Assembly (NCBI GenBank): GCA_902406115.1
Contig: CABPCL010000002.1
Coordinates: 17,271 to 81,270, forward strand
Length of the DNA: 64,000 nucleotides
Direction of reading: 5' to 3'
DNA from: an uncultured Clostridium sp.
Lineage (GTDB): Bacteria; Bacillota; Clostridia; TANB77; CAG-508
Positions 9,207-19,757 of this stretch are shown here, in pieces (position 1 is the first letter of the stretch; every line of letters starts with the position of its first letter). Position numbers and translations under genes: made by a program. The notes below the pieces were generated by a model. The model was not told where the DNA came from. It did not search any database and saw only the letters and a program-made list of their open reading frames with translations.

Positions 9207-11398
9207 TTTCTTTTTACTTCATATACGCTGTCTATTTTTCTTAATGCCTTTAGTATTTTGTTTAATTGATCTATATTTTCTACTTCAACAGTTAATTCAG
9301 TTACAGCTATTTTTTCTTTTGTAGCTCTTGAAGAAACAGCCATTAACTTGCTTTTTGTATTTCCAACTTCAGCAATTATATCTGCTAATAAACCAGCCCT
9401 ATCATTTGCATATATTTCAATATCTACGTTATATGTTGTTTTGTCATTGTTATACCAATACACATCAATCATACGATTTTCTTCTGAAATAAGATTTTTA
9501 ACATTTACACAGTCTGCTCTATGTACTGAGACACCTCTTCCTTTTGTTATGTATCCTACTATTTCATCTCCTGGTACTGGATTACAACATTTTGAAAGCT
9601 TTACTAAGCAATTATCAATTCCTTTTACTTCAATTCCGCTCTGTGAAGTTTTTGTCTTATGAACTTTCTCTTTTGATAATTCCTCTAGTGTTTTTTCTAG
9701 ATTTTCTTCATGGTGTACTTTTCTATATTCTTCAAGAATTCTAGCAATAATCTTTCCTGATGATATTGATCCAAACCCTACACCTGCATACATATCATCT
9801 ACTGAATTAAATTTATATCTATTAAGTGCTGCAGAAACAAATTCTGGTTTAAACAAATCATCATATTTCATTCCTATTTTTTTAAGTTCTTTATCTATTA
9901 AGTCTTTTCCTTTTTCTATGTTCTCTTCTCTTTCATTCTTTTTAAACCAAGAAGATATTTTATTTTTTGCACCAGAACTCTTTACAAATTTTAGCCAATC
10001 TCTGCTTGGTCCTTTTGATTGATCTGATGTTATTATTTCTACAATATCACCATTTTTTAATTTAGTTATAATAGGCATCATTTTACTATTAATTTTACAT
10101 CCAACCATATGATGACCTATTTCTTCATGAATTTGATATGCAAAGTCAATCGGTGTACATTCTTTTGGAAGTACTTTTATTGCCCCTTTAGGTGTAAATA
10201 CATATACTTCATCTTCAAAAAGCTCTTTTTTTAGTGTTTGCATAAACTCTTCAGGATCTTGCATATCTTTTTGCCATTCCAAGGTTTCCCTTATCCAAGC
10301 CAATTTATCTTCTTCTACTTTAACATTCTCTTTTTTTCCCTTAGCAAAACTACTCTCCTTATAAGCCCAATGTGCTGCTATACCAAATTCTGCAATTCTA
10401 TGCATATCCCATGTACGAATTTGAACTTCAAAAGGAGTCCCCTTAGGTCCAATTAAGGTTGTGTGTAAAGATTGGTACATATTTGGTTTTGGCACTGCAA
10501 TATAGTCTTTAAATCTTCCTGGCATAGGACTATATAACTCATGAACAATTCCTAATGCAGCATAACAATCCTTAACAGAATTTACAATAATTCTTAATGC
10601 AAATAAATCATATACTTGATCTAATGTAATGTTATCTCTTTTCATTTTTCTATATATACTATACAAATGTTTTGCACGTCCTGTTATTTCAGCATCAATC
10701 TTCTGTTTCTTTAATTCTGCTCTTATTTGATCCAAAATCAAATCTATAAACTTAAGTCTTTCTTCCCTTTTTTTATCTATTCCTTCCACAATCTCTCTAT
10801 AATCTTCTGGATATAGATATTTAAATGACAAATCTTCCAATTCCCATTTTAAAGAATATACACCTAAACGGTTAGCAAGTGGAGCATATAAGTTCATTGT
10901 TTCTGTTGCATTTGCTATTTGTCTATCACGACTTAAATATTTTAATGTTCTCATATTATGAAGTCTATCGGCTAATTTTATTAATATAACACGTATATCT
11001 TTTCCCATAGCTAGGAACATTTTTCTATAATTTTCGACTTGCTGTTCTTCAATACTTGTATAACTAAGCTTACCAAGTTTAGTTACTCCATCTACCATCT
11101 CTGCTATTTCTTGGTTAAATTCATGTGCTAGATCTTCTTTAGTAGTGTCTGTATCTTCTACAACATCGTGCAACAGTGCCGCACAAATTGTATTTTCATC
11201 CATTCCCAATGTTGCAAGAGTATAAGCAACCTGTATAGGGTGAATTATATAAGGTTCACCTGATCTTCTTAATTGGTCACCATGTTTGTTTTTTGCATAT
11301 TCATATGCTTTCATTATTGTTTTTGTATCACATCTTCTTTGTTTCTTTTTCATAACAGATATTATATCTTCTATTGTTGCATCTTTATATTCTGACAT
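9200..11398 (-). CDS. relA: bifunctional (p)ppGpp synthetase/hydrolase
   Basis: 732 aa with an HD domain (HDVVEDT), a RelA/SpoT synthetase domain, a TGS domain and a C-terminal ACT domain. Confidence 0.9.
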   Translation of the reverse strand: MSEYKDATIEDIISVMKKKQRRCDTKTIMKAYEYAKNKHGDQLRRSGEPYIIHPIQVAYTLATLGMDENTICAALLHDVVEDTDTTKEDLAHEFNQEIAEMVDGVTKLGKLSYTSIEEQQVENYRKMFLAMGKDIRVILIKLADRLHNMRTLKYLSRDRQIANATETMNLYAPLANRLGVYSLKWELEDLSFKYLYPEDYREIVEGIDKKREERLKFIDLILDQIRAELKKQKIDAEITGRAKHLYSIYRKMKRDNITLDQVYDLFALRIIVNSVKDCYAALGIVHELYSPMPGRFKDYIAVPKPNMYQSLHTTLIGPKGTPFEVQIRTWDMHRIAEFGIAAHWAYKESSFAKGKKENVKVEEDKLAWIRETLEWQKDMQDPEEFMQTLKKELFEDEVYVFTPKGAIKVLPKECTPIDFAYQIHEEIGHHMVGCKINSKMMPIITKLKNGDIVEIITSDQSKGPSRDWLKFVKSSGAKNKISSWFKKNEREENIEKGKDLIDKELKKIGMKYDDLFKPEFVSAALNRYKFNSVDDMYAGVGFGSISSGKIIARILEEYRKVHHEENLEKTLEELSKEKVHKTKTSQSGIEVKGIDNCLVKLSKCCNPVPGDEIVGYITKGRGVSVHRADCVNVKNLISEENRMIDVYWYNNDKTTYNVDIEIYANDRAGLLADIIAEVGNTKSKLMAVSSRATKEKIAVTELTVEVENIDQLNKILKALRKIDSVYEVKRKK

Positions 11399-11455
11399 TA
11401 CTTATCCCCCTTTCCTAGTCTTTTCAGCATAAGATCTTCTATGTTTATACTTAAA

Positions 11456-13141
11456 TTAAATAGATAATTTCATATCTTTTATAGTAATTTGAATATTATC
11501 ATTTCCATTAAATGAATTAATATCTAACGTTCCAACTATGTCAACTTTATCATCTAATAGGTATCTATTTGATAATTCTCCCATATTAAACCCAATTGCA
11601 TCTATAATGTAATTATCATCTTTTAATGTTAATTTTAAATGTTTTCCATCTGACAATGCTCTTATAGAATTTATTTTTAGATTTTTAAACAAAAATAGTG
11701 GATTTTTATTAGATTCTCCGTAAGGCTCTAAAAGTTGCAAACTTTTAACGTTATCAATTTTAATATCTTTTAATGACACTTCCTCGTCAATACTTATAAT
11801 TGGAATTATATCACTAATATGTTTATCTTTTGCAAATTGTTCAAATTCTTCTTTAAACTTTTCAAAATTTTCTTTTTTTATTGTAATGCCTATAGCCATT
11901 GAATGTCCACCAAATTTTTCTACATAGGTACTACACTTAGTTAATGCATCATGTAGATCAAAACCTGGTATACTTCTTCCAGATCCTTTTCCAATTTCAT
12001 CTTCAAAGCAGACCAAAATACTAGGTTTAAAATACATATCTGTTACCTTTGATGAAACAATTCCAATTATTCCATGATGCCAACCTTCATCTCCAAGAAC
12101 AATGCATGTCCTATCTTTTTCTGTCTTTTCTATTTTTTGTATAACTTGTTCAAAAATTTCTTTTTCCTTTGATTGTCGTTCCTGATTGAATTTATTTAAT
12201 TTATCTGCAATTTTAGATGCTTCATTTTTATCATCGCAAAGAAATAAGTCTAAAGCATCTTGTTGATGTCCCATTCTCCCACAAGCATTTATTCTTGGTG
12301 CTACTCCGAAGGAAATCATTCCAGAATCTATTTTTCTAAATCCTATACTTTCTATTAACGTACGTAGACCAATATTTTTTGTAACTTCAACTAATTTAAG
12401 TCCTAATTTTGCAATAACTCTATTTTCATCAACTAAAGGAACAATATCTGATATAGTTCCCACACAAACCAAGTCTAAATACTTTAGATACTCTTTTTCA
12501 TCTAATCCTAGTTTTATAGCTAATGCTTGTATAAGTTTAAACACAACGCCAACTCCGGCTAATTGGTTAAATGGGTATTGGTTATCTTTTCTTTTTGCAT
12601 CTATTACTGCATAAGCTCTTGGTAGTTCCTCTGCTGGTTCATGATGATCTGTTATAATAGTTTCAATTCCTATGCTATTAGCATAATCAACTTCATCAAT
12701 TCCTGAAATACCGCAGTCAACTGTAATCATTAATTGATATCCTTGGTTTCTTATATTTTTTAGTGCCTCTTTATTCAATCCATATCCTTCATCTAGACGA
12801 TTTGGTATATAAGAACCTACCTCCATTCCTCTTCCTACTAGGAATTTTTTTAATACTGTAATACTCGTAATTCCGTCAGCATCATAATCTCCATATATAA
12901 CGATTTTTTCTTTCTTTTCAATTGCGGTTAAAATTCTTTCAACAGCCTTTTCCATATCTGGCATTAAAAATGGATCATGAAAATCATTTCTTGTTGGATT
13001 TAAAAATTTAGGCATATCTTCATTTATATCAATATCTCTGCCTACAATAATCTTTGCTAGTAATTCACTAATCTTATATTCCTTAACTAATTTCTTTACT
13101 CTGTTTTCATCTACTTCACAACATTCCCATTTTTTATTCAT
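11456..13141 (-). CDS. recJ: single-stranded-DNA-specific exonuclease RecJ
   Basis: 561 aa with DHH motifs (DYDADGITS, ITDHHEP) and a DHHA1 region. The recJ-relA adjacency is conserved. Confidence 0.85.
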   Translation of the reverse strand: MNKKWECCEVDENRVKKLVKEYKISELLAKIIVGRDIDINEDMPKFLNPTRNDFHDPFLMPDMEKAVERILTAIEKKEKIVIYGDYDADGITSITVLKKFLVGRGMEVGSYIPNRLDEGYGLNKEALKNIRNQGYQLMITVDCGISGIDEVDYANSIGIETIITDHHEPAEELPRAYAVIDAKRKDNQYPFNQLAGVGVVFKLIQALAIKLGLDEKEYLKYLDLVCVGTISDIVPLVDENRVIAKLGLKLVEVTKNIGLRTLIESIGFRKIDSGMISFGVAPRINACGRMGHQQDALDLFLCDDKNEASKIADKLNKFNQERQSKEKEIFEQVIQKIEKTEKDRTCIVLGDEGWHHGIIGIVSSKVTDMYFKPSILVCFEDEIGKGSGRSIPGFDLHDALTKCSTYVEKFGGHSMAIGITIKKENFEKFKEEFEQFAKDKHISDIIPIISIDEEVSLKDIKIDNVKSLQLLEPYGESNKNPLFLFKNLKINSIRALSDGKHLKLTLKDDNYIIDAIGFNMGELSNRYLLDDKVDIVGTLDINSFNGNDNIQITIKDMKLSI

Positions 13142-13217
13142 TCAAATTCTCCTTTTTAATGCTAATATTATACCATTTTGACATATTTATTGCAATGTTT
13201 TGTATATGTTTAAATAA

Positions 13218-13262
13218 AAAAACATAGTATTAATTTATATTAAATTAATACTATGCCCTCAA
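13218..13262 (-). terminator. rho-independent terminator
   Basis: Perfect AT-rich inverted repeat catagtattaattta / taaattaatactatg, followed on the minus strand by TTTTTTTATTT. Confidence 0.5.
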
Positions 13263-13514
13263 TTATATATTTCTCTTTTTATTATATTTTTTAGATTTCT
13301 ACTTCAAATCCTAATTACTCTTCTTAAACATCATAAAAATAATCTACACTATTATATGTTGTTTGATACTTTTCTTCGTTTATTGGTGTAACATATTTAT
13401 CTCCAAATATGTCCGTAAAAAATTCAATTATTGCATATGCAAGAAAACACATATTTAGAATAATAAATGATGCTAAAATAATAGCAAAAACTTTTATTAC
13501 TTTTTGTCCATAAG

Positions 13515-14237
13515 TCATCTTATATCAACACCTCCAAATACAGCTGAACCATTTATGTATAATGTTGGCGCATCTTCAGCAGAATGTTTTACTTTATTGT
13601 TTACTCCTCCAAATATACCGTTTGATCTTACTTTAACATTAACATTATTTGGTACAATAATTGTTGTTCCTCCAAATATTGATGTTGCATTAATCACTCT
13701 ATCTCCACCTATGTGGGCATTAGTTAAATCTAGCTGAACACTACCAAATATTGAGTCAATGTTTGATCCCTTAAAGTCTACTCCACTCATGTCAACTTTT
13801 TTTCCAGAAAATGTTGCGCAAAAACTATCTAAATCATTTTTATTAACAGATTTTATTTTTTCTGACATTGAACTTGGAACAACATTTTTAAAAATAATAT
13901 TAATTCCTATACATATAAAGATAATAGGTAATACTAGTTTTAATATTATTTCCATTGAAAGGACTCCTTGAGCTGCTAATAATAAAACTAAACCAACTAT
14001 TAACCCTATAAAATTTCCTAACTTATTTTGATCCTTAAGCAGACCTATAAAACATGGAACAATAATAAATAAAGTCCACCATCCATCAAAAAATATGTTA
14101 ATATCTGTTATTCCTAATGCATTTAGTCCTATAATTAATCCTAATGTAATAAAAAGTAAGCCCCATAAAAAATCTCCGAATCTTTTCATTTTCATCCTCC
14201 TATTATTTATATTTACTATACTTTTACAGTATAGCAA
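13515..14237 (-). CDS. LiaF-like membrane protein (DUF2154 C-terminal domain)
   Basis: N-terminal multi-TM region with a C-terminal Gly-rich beta domain (GGTTIIVPNNVNVKVRSNGIFGGVNN) resembling LiaF/YvqF cell-envelope stress proteins. The start is probably the internal MKMKRFGDF. Confidence 0.45.
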   Translation of the reverse strand: MLYCKSIVNINNRRMKMKRFGDFLWGLLFITLGLIIGLNALGITDINIFFDGWWTLFIIVPCFIGLLKDQNKLGNFIGLIVGLVLLLAAQGVLSMEIILKLVLPIIFICIGINIIFKNVVPSSMSEKIKSVNKNDLDSFCATFSGKKVDMSGVDFKGSNIDSIFGSVQLDLTNAHIGGDRVINATSIFGGTTIIVPNNVNVKVRSNGIFGGVNNKVKHSAEDAPTLYINGSAVFGGVDIR

Positions 14238-14925
14238 TAATACAATAAATTATAATTTTTACTAAAGTTGATACCACTAGCTGAAAATTCGTCATTGGTA
14301 TTCCAATTTTATTTAATCTTTCATAATTTTCTATCACCTTTTCAATTTCATTGTCATTTAGCCTTTTGCTATATTGAATATATTCTTTGGCAATATATTG
14401 TGCTTTTGTCATTGCATCAGTTTCCAAATAACTACGAATGCAATAATAAACTAAACCTAATAAGGCCAAAATAAATAATTGAAGTGATTTATATTCTATT
14501 AAATTTAATATCGTCAGTACAGATACAACAATAAAATATAGTATATATATATTTGAAAAAATGAAATTAAATAATAACATTTTTCTATTTTGTATTGAAT
14601 GTGCACATTCGTGTGCAATCGTTTGAATTCTTGTAAATGTATTCTTTATATTGGCTATTATTATACTATCTGTAACAGCCATATAATATGTAAGTTTATC
14701 TTTCTCGTTATCACTTACTTTTATTTTAACATTTTCATTTTTAACTTGCTTTAATATAGCTGTACAAACTTCCTCATTATTTGGTAATTTATCTGTAATA
14801 TCGTTTAGTTCTTTACTATACCCTATCTTTTTTAATTCTTTCATGTCTCCTGTTTTTATATTAAACGCAAATTTTAAAATCACAATAATTACTATGCATA
14901 TAATCAAACTAATAATATATTCCAT
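14224..14925 (-). CDS. membrane protein with HExxH motif (putative zinc metallopeptidase)
   Basis: 233 aa with IAHECAHSIQ (HExxH) followed by TM helices. Confidence 0.35.
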   Translation of the reverse strand: MEYIISLIICIVIIVILKFAFNIKTGDMKELKKIGYSKELNDITDKLPNNEEVCTAILKQVKNENVKIKVSDNEKDKLTYYMAVTDSIIIANIKNTFTRIQTIAHECAHSIQNRKMLLFNFIFSNIYILYFIVVSVLTILNLIEYKSLQLFILALLGLVYYCIRSYLETDAMTKAQYIAKEYIQYSKRLNDNEIEKVIENYERLNKIGIPMTNFQLVVSTLVKIIIYCIIAIL

Positions 14926-15047
14926 TTTATTATATTAACTTGTTATGCAAGTTAATATCCTCCTTCCATTTTTATTACATATATAATTTTTTCAATATAC
15001 TCATATAAATGGATAAAACATTTTCTTTGCATTTTATTGTTTTTTAT

Positions 15048-15380
15048 TTATAATACATCCTTAATTGATTCTGCAATAATTTTATTTACATCTGCAATCA
15101 TAACATTAAATTTCACTTCAAGATCAAAATATTCTTTAATTTCTTTGTCTTGCACAAGAATTGTATACATCTCTTGTAATTTTTTATTTTTTTCTTCGTT
15201 TTTTTCTTCCCCAGTATATTCTAATAGCTGTACCTCATATCTAAGTTTTTCAAAATCTTCTATTTTCTTTTTTGTTTCGGTATTCCCCATTAATGTTTCT
15301 TTTGCTTTTTTATATTCTTTATATTCTTCTGATTGTTGAATTTCATATGCTAAGCGATTCGCTGTATCATATACATTCAT
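15048..15380 (-). CDS. YlbF/YmcA-family (UPF0342) protein
   Basis: 110-aa helical protein, MNVYDTANRLAYEIQQSEEYKEYKKAKE, typical of the UPF0342/YlbF family. Confidence 0.5.
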   Translation of the reverse strand: MNVYDTANRLAYEIQQSEEYKEYKKAKETLMGNTETKKKIEDFEKLRYEVQLLEYTGEEKNEEKNKKLQEMYTILVQDKEIKEYFDLEVKFNVMIADVNKIIAESIKDVL

Positions 15381-15400
15381 CTTTCATCCTACCTTTCTAA

Positions 15401-16693
15401 TTATGCATATGCATGTTTTTTTCTGAAATTTAAAAGATTTGTAATTTCTTTATCTGTATTTTTTGCTTTACCAGTCTTCTTTGCTTTTTCTTGTTCAATT
15501 TGTTCTTTTTGTTTTTGAGCAACAGTCTTACAAATTGCTTTCTCATAAATATAATGTGTATCTTGTGCAATTTTATTCCAACTAAATTCTTCTTTCACTT
15601 TTGCTTTTGCATTTTTTGAAACTTTAGCAGCTAATTGTTTATCAAATAATAATGATAAAACTGAATCAGCTATAGAATTTGAATTACCAGCATAACTCTT
15701 CATTCCATTTTCTCTATGATCAACAATTTCATTTAAGCCTCCAACATCTGATACTACTGTTGGAACTCCTGCAAGCATTGCTTCTAGTGCGACTATTCCA
15801 AAAGGCTCATATGTACTTGGGAACACTGCAACGTCAGCACATTTATACATTTTTTGTACTTGTTTAGAATTCAAATATCCAGTGAAATATACCTTGTCTG
15901 AAAGTCCCATATAATCTGCTTGTGATTTTAATTCATCTAACATACCACCTTTTCCTGCAATAATTAATTTAGCATCATGATAGTTTTCTAAAATTTTTGG
16001 CATAGCAGAAATTAAATGTTGAACTCCCTTTTCATATACAAGCCTTCCAACATATAAAATAATTTTTTCATTATCCATTGCATATTGTCTTCTAAAATCG
16101 TAATCTCTTTCTACTCCATTAAAATTAGTTAGATTTATTCCATTTGGTATAACATTAATCTTATCAAAAGGAAGCCCAAATAAGCCTTGAACATGATTTT
16201 TCATGTAATTACTATTTACAATTACTTCAGTTGATTCATAAGTTAAAAGCCACTCTGTATCATTAATGTATCTTTGTGTTTCATCATGAATTCCGGAATT
16301 TCTTCCAGATTCCGTTGCGTGTATTGTTGATACCACAGGTATATCAAAAGCATTTTTAAGTGCTTTTGCTGCATTAGCTACTAGCCAATCATGAGCATGA
16401 ATAACGTCAAACTTTCCTTCTTTTTGTATGATTTCAGTTGCTTTTGAGATCATATTAAAATTTAATTGCATAATCCAATCAATAAAATTATTTGGATGTA
16501 TCATGTAATTCTCTACTCTATATACATTTACACCTTTATCATTTTCATACATTGGAACATCTCCATCTTTATATGTTACCACTGTAACTTCATGGCCATC
16601 TTTTATCAATCTCTTTGATAAATCATGCACTACTCTCGCAATACCTCCAACTATTCTTGGTGGATACTCCCATGTCAACATTAATATTTTCAT
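15401..16693 (-). CDS. glycosyltransferase family 4 (group 1)
   Basis: 430-aa GT-B fold with a C-terminal EX7E-type motif region (FPSTYEPFGIVALEAM). Confidence 0.7.
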   Translation of the reverse strand: MKILMLTWEYPPRIVGGIARVVHDLSKRLIKDGHEVTVVTYKDGDVPMYENDKGVNVYRVENYMIHPNNFIDWIMQLNFNMISKATEIIQKEGKFDVIHAHDWLVANAAKALKNAFDIPVVSTIHATESGRNSGIHDETQRYINDTEWLLTYESTEVIVNSNYMKNHVQGLFGLPFDKINVIPNGINLTNFNGVERDYDFRRQYAMDNEKIILYVGRLVYEKGVQHLISAMPKILENYHDAKLIIAGKGGMLDELKSQADYMGLSDKVYFTGYLNSKQVQKMYKCADVAVFPSTYEPFGIVALEAMLAGVPTVVSDVGGLNEIVDHRENGMKSYAGNSNSIADSVLSLLFDKQLAAKVSKNAKAKVKEEFSWNKIAQDTHYIYEKAICKTVAQKQKEQIEQEKAKKTGKAKNTDKEITNLLNFRKKHAYA

Positions 16694-16860
16694 TATGAAG
16701 CCCCTTTCACTTTACTTTTTTCTTTTGCTTTTATTTCGTATATTGTATACAATTTTAAGACAAAAGTAAACATATTTTGATAATTTTTTATAATATTTTC
16801 TACTGGTAAATATCTTGTTTTATTGCATAAAATATAGTATAATAATTATTGATTATTTAT

Positions 16861-17217
16861 GGGGATGTATTTGGTTTCGACAGTATCCCAGAAGTATAAA
16901 TAGCGAGTAGTGGATGGTTGCTTTGGCCACTATAAAAAAGCAAAATTAAATTATAAACGCTGATAATAGAGAATTAGCATACGCTGCCTAGTTGCGGCGT
17001 CGTCTTACCTTTACTTCCCACGGTTTAGGATAAGGCGTCAAGAAGTGGGAAACGAACCAATTTGTTGTCATGCAAATTGTTGGTATTTATATGACTACCT
17101 AATAAATAACTTTGTTTGTTAAGTTACTAATTAGGGAATTTTAATAACAAACTGCACTCGGAGAATTTTATATGGAAAGAATATTGGACAGGAGTTCGAC
17201 TCTCCTCATCTCCACCA
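16861..17217 (+). ncRNA. ssrA: tmRNA (SsrA)
   Basis: 5' end GGGGATGTATTTGGTTTCGACAG and 3' end GGACAGGAGTTCGACTCTCCTCATCTCCACCA (tRNA-like T-arm plus CCA). The internal tag ORF ...GCTGATAATAGAGAATTAGCATACGCTGCCTAG translates to ADNRELAYAA*. Confidence 0.9.
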
Positions 17218-17319
17218 AAAGATTAAATCATTTTACTGAGCAAAAACTAGCAAAATATTTTTTTATTTTTTACTTGCACATTACCGCATTATATGTTAAT
17301 ATAATATAGTAATTTTCAT

Positions 17320-17395
17320 AGGGGTATAGTGTCAATGGTTAGCACGATGGTCTCCAAAACCACAAGTCTGAGTTCGAGTCTTAGTACCCCTGCCA
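17320..17395 (+). tRNA. tRNA-Trp (anticodon CCA)
   Basis: Acceptor stem AGGGGTA/TACCCCT, anticodon loop CTCCAAA, T-loop GTTCGAGTC, and an encoded CCA. Confidence 0.8.
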
Positions 17396-17411
17396 ATCTT
17401 ATAACAAATGA

Positions 17412-17840
17412 GTGAATTATATGGAACAATTAAAAGATTTAATAAAAAAAATATGTAATAAAGAAGTTATTTTTTATGCTATATTTGGTGTTTTAACAAC
17501 ACTTGTAAATATAGGTTCATTTTATGTAATGACTTCTATTTTTAATTTTGAAGAAAATATTGCAAATATCATAGCTATTTCCTTAAGTGTTATATTTGCA
17601 TATTTTACTAATCGTTCATTAGTTTTTCATTCTGAGGCTACTGAATTTGGAGAAAAAGTTGTAGAATTTTGCAAGTTTATTTTAGGTAGACTTTTTACAA
17701 TGGCTGTAGAATATATTGGTTGTGCTTTATTATTCAAGTATGCACCTATCGCAACAATTATAAGTAAATGCATGATTACAGTAATTGTCATTATATTAAA
17801 CTTTTTTATTAGCAAATTTTTTGCTTTTAAGAAAAAGTAA
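17412..17840 (+). CDS. GtrA-family membrane protein
   Basis: 142 aa with 4 TM helices and a GtrA-like N-terminus (VIFYAIFGVLTTLVNIGSFYV). Confidence 0.6.
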   Translation: MNYMEQLKDLIKKICNKEVIFYAIFGVLTTLVNIGSFYVMTSIFNFEENIANIIAISLSVIFAYFTNRSLVFHSEATEFGEKVVEFCKFILGRLFTMAVEYIGCALLFKYAPIATIISKCMITVIVIILNFFISKFFAFKKK

Positions 17841-17894
17841 ATTTTTAAATAAAATTATATATTTGTTTTCGGGGGCTATTAGATTGGAGGTTAT

Positions 17895-18500
17895 ATGTCT
17901 AATAGTCTTTTTATATCTTTCAAAAAATTAATTTTGCTTATTATAATAATTGTAACACTAATATCTTGTTTTTTTATTCCAGCATTATATTCAAATAATT
18001 TTCAAGATGATTCATATGATCAGGGCTTTTCCTTTATAATTGGTTCATCCAAATATATTTGGCCTACTCCCGGTTATACATCTATAAACTCATATTTTGG
18101 TAAAAGATATTCCCCAACAGCAGGTGCATCTTCATTTCATAAAGGGATAGATATTGGAGCTCCTCAAGGTAGCAACATAATTGCCATTACCTCTGGAAAA
18201 ATAACTTTTACAGGTTTCTTAGGAGGTGGTGGTTATACTATAACGCTTTCAAAAGATTCTATGAAAGTAACTTACTGCCACGTTTCTCCTCACTATATAG
18301 TAGAAGAAGGAGATGTTGTTAGAAAAGGAGATATAATTGGCTATGTTGGTCCTAAAAATGTTTATGGAGTTAAAGGAAATCCATACACAGATAGCAATGG
18401 TAATCCAACAAATGGTGCTACAACCGGTCCCCACCTTCACTTAGGTGTTAGAATAAATGATGAATATATTGATCCACTAAGTTTATTTGAAGACTTATAA
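17895..18500 (+). CDS. M23 family metallopeptidase (LytM domain)
   Basis: N-terminal anchor, then HKGIDIGAPQGSNIIAITSGKI ... GPHLHLGVRINDEYIDP, which is the M23 signature. Confidence 0.8.
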   Translation: MSNSLFISFKKLILLIIIIVTLISCFFIPALYSNNFQDDSYDQGFSFIIGSSKYIWPTPGYTSINSYFGKRYSPTAGASSFHKGIDIGAPQGSNIIAITSGKITFTGFLGGGGYTITLSKDSMKVTYCHVSPHYIVEEGDVVRKGDIIGYVGPKNVYGVKGNPYTDSNGNPTNGATTGPHLHLGVRINDEYIDPLSLFEDL

Positions 18501-18507
18501 TCTGTAT

Positions 18508-18552
18508 AGCAAATAAATAGAGCTTATTATAAAAATAAGCTCTATTTATGCT
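18508..18552. terminator. bidirectional rho-independent terminator
   Basis: aaatagagcttatt-ataaaaat-aagctctattt hairpin between convergent gene ends (18500 on + and 18566 on -). Confidence 0.6.
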
Positions 18553-18565
18553 ATCAAAATATTTT

Positions 18566-19093
18566 TTACATATCTTCATCTTGATCTTTATTTTCGTCTT
18601 CCTCATCGTCTTTTTCTGGTAAATATTCTTGTTCATCTTCTGCTACTCCACAATTTGTATGACAGTGAGAACAGCTTCCATGACATCCTCCAACTTCTTC
18701 TTCACAATTCCAATCTAATTCTATAATATTGTGACATTCTGGACATCTTATTTCATCATTTTCTTCCTCTTCTATATCCGCAGAAAACTCATGGTTGCAA
18801 TATGGACATACAATTTCGAATTCATAATTTTCTTCTTCATCTTCGTAAATATCATTTTCAATTCCTTTAACTGCAGACTGAACAGATTGAATTTTTCCCA
18901 TAATTTCTTGTTGTTTTGTTTCTATCTCTTGTATTCTATCATCAGTTAATTTAGTTATTCTATCTAGCATATCAACAAATAACATTGATAAATCTGAAAA
19001 TTTATCCTTTACAAATTTCAATTCTTTAGGATCTTTTATGTTTGATTCTAATTCTTGCATAATTTCATTATATTTACCGCTCATTTCTGACAT
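18566..19093 (-). CDS. acidic zinc-ribbon protein (CxxC x4)
   Basis: 175 aa and very acidic, with CPYCNHEF...CPECHN...CHGSCSHCHTNC. It lies upstream of efp, which is a conserved Clostridial position. Confidence 0.4.
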   Translation of the reverse strand: MSEMSGKYNEIMQELESNIKDPKELKFVKDKFSDLSMLFVDMLDRITKLTDDRIQEIETKQQEIMGKIQSVQSAVKGIENDIYEDEEENYEFEIVCPYCNHEFSADIEEEENDEIRCPECHNIIELDWNCEEEVGGCHGSCSHCHTNCGVAEDEQEYLPEKDDEEDENKDQDEDM

Positions 19094-19117
19094 CTAAGTT
19101 TACTTCCTCTCTACTCT

Positions 19118-19684
19118 TTACACTCTTTCCATATATTCGCCAGTTCTAGTATCAATTCTAACAACGTCACCTATATTAACAAACATAGGAACCATTAGCT
19201 CATAACCGTTTTCTAGAGTTGCTGGTTTTCCAGAAGTTGTTGTTGTGTTTCCAGCAAATCCTGGTTCTGTATATGTAACTTCTAATTCTACAAACATTGG
19301 TGGTTCTACTGAAAATACATTACCTTTAAAAGATAACATCTTAACATTCATATTCTCTTTTAAGAATTTTAATCCGTCACCAATTTGATCTTTATTTAGT
19401 GGCATTTGTTCATATGTTTCATTATCCATGAAATAATATAAATCTCCATCATTATATAGATATTGCATATCTTTCTTTTCTATTTCCGCACCTGGATATT
19501 TTTCTGATGGGTTAAATGTTTTTTCAAGTACTGCACCAGTAATAACATTTTTTAATTTTGTTCTTACGAATGCTGCTCCCTTTCCTGGTTTTACGTGTTG
19601 GAATTCAACTACTTTAAATACATTTCCATCCATTTCAAAAGTTGTTCCATTTCTAAAATCTCCTGCCATATATACTTCTGCCAT
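19118..19684 (-). CDS. efp: elongation factor P
   Basis: 188 aa with the ...[22 protein letters not shown]... EF-P signature. Confidence 0.9.
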   Translation of the reverse strand: MAEVYMAGDFRNGTTFEMDGNVFKVVEFQHVKPGKGAAFVRTKLKNVITGAVLEKTFNPSEKYPGAEIEKKDMQYLYNDGDLYYFMDNETYEQMPLNKDQIGDGLKFLKENMNVKMLSFKGNVFSVEPPMFVELEVTYTEPGFAGNTTTTSGKPATLENGYELMVPMFVNIGDVVRIDTRTGEYMERV

Positions 19685-19757
19685 ATTTATTTCCTCCCTT
19701 TATATTTTACATAATTTTATTCAATGTTTAATATTTTAACACAAATTACGCTTTAAA

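Noticed and set aside
9100-9210. Possible sigma-54 promoter (TGGCA motifs)
   Set aside because: The spacing does not fit TGGCAC-N5-TTGCA, and no enhancer-binding-protein gene is adjacent.
13324-13518. 64-aa ORF upstream of the LiaF-like gene
   Set aside because: It may be a real small membrane protein with one TM, but there are no family hallmarks. I left it out of the feature list as unsupported.
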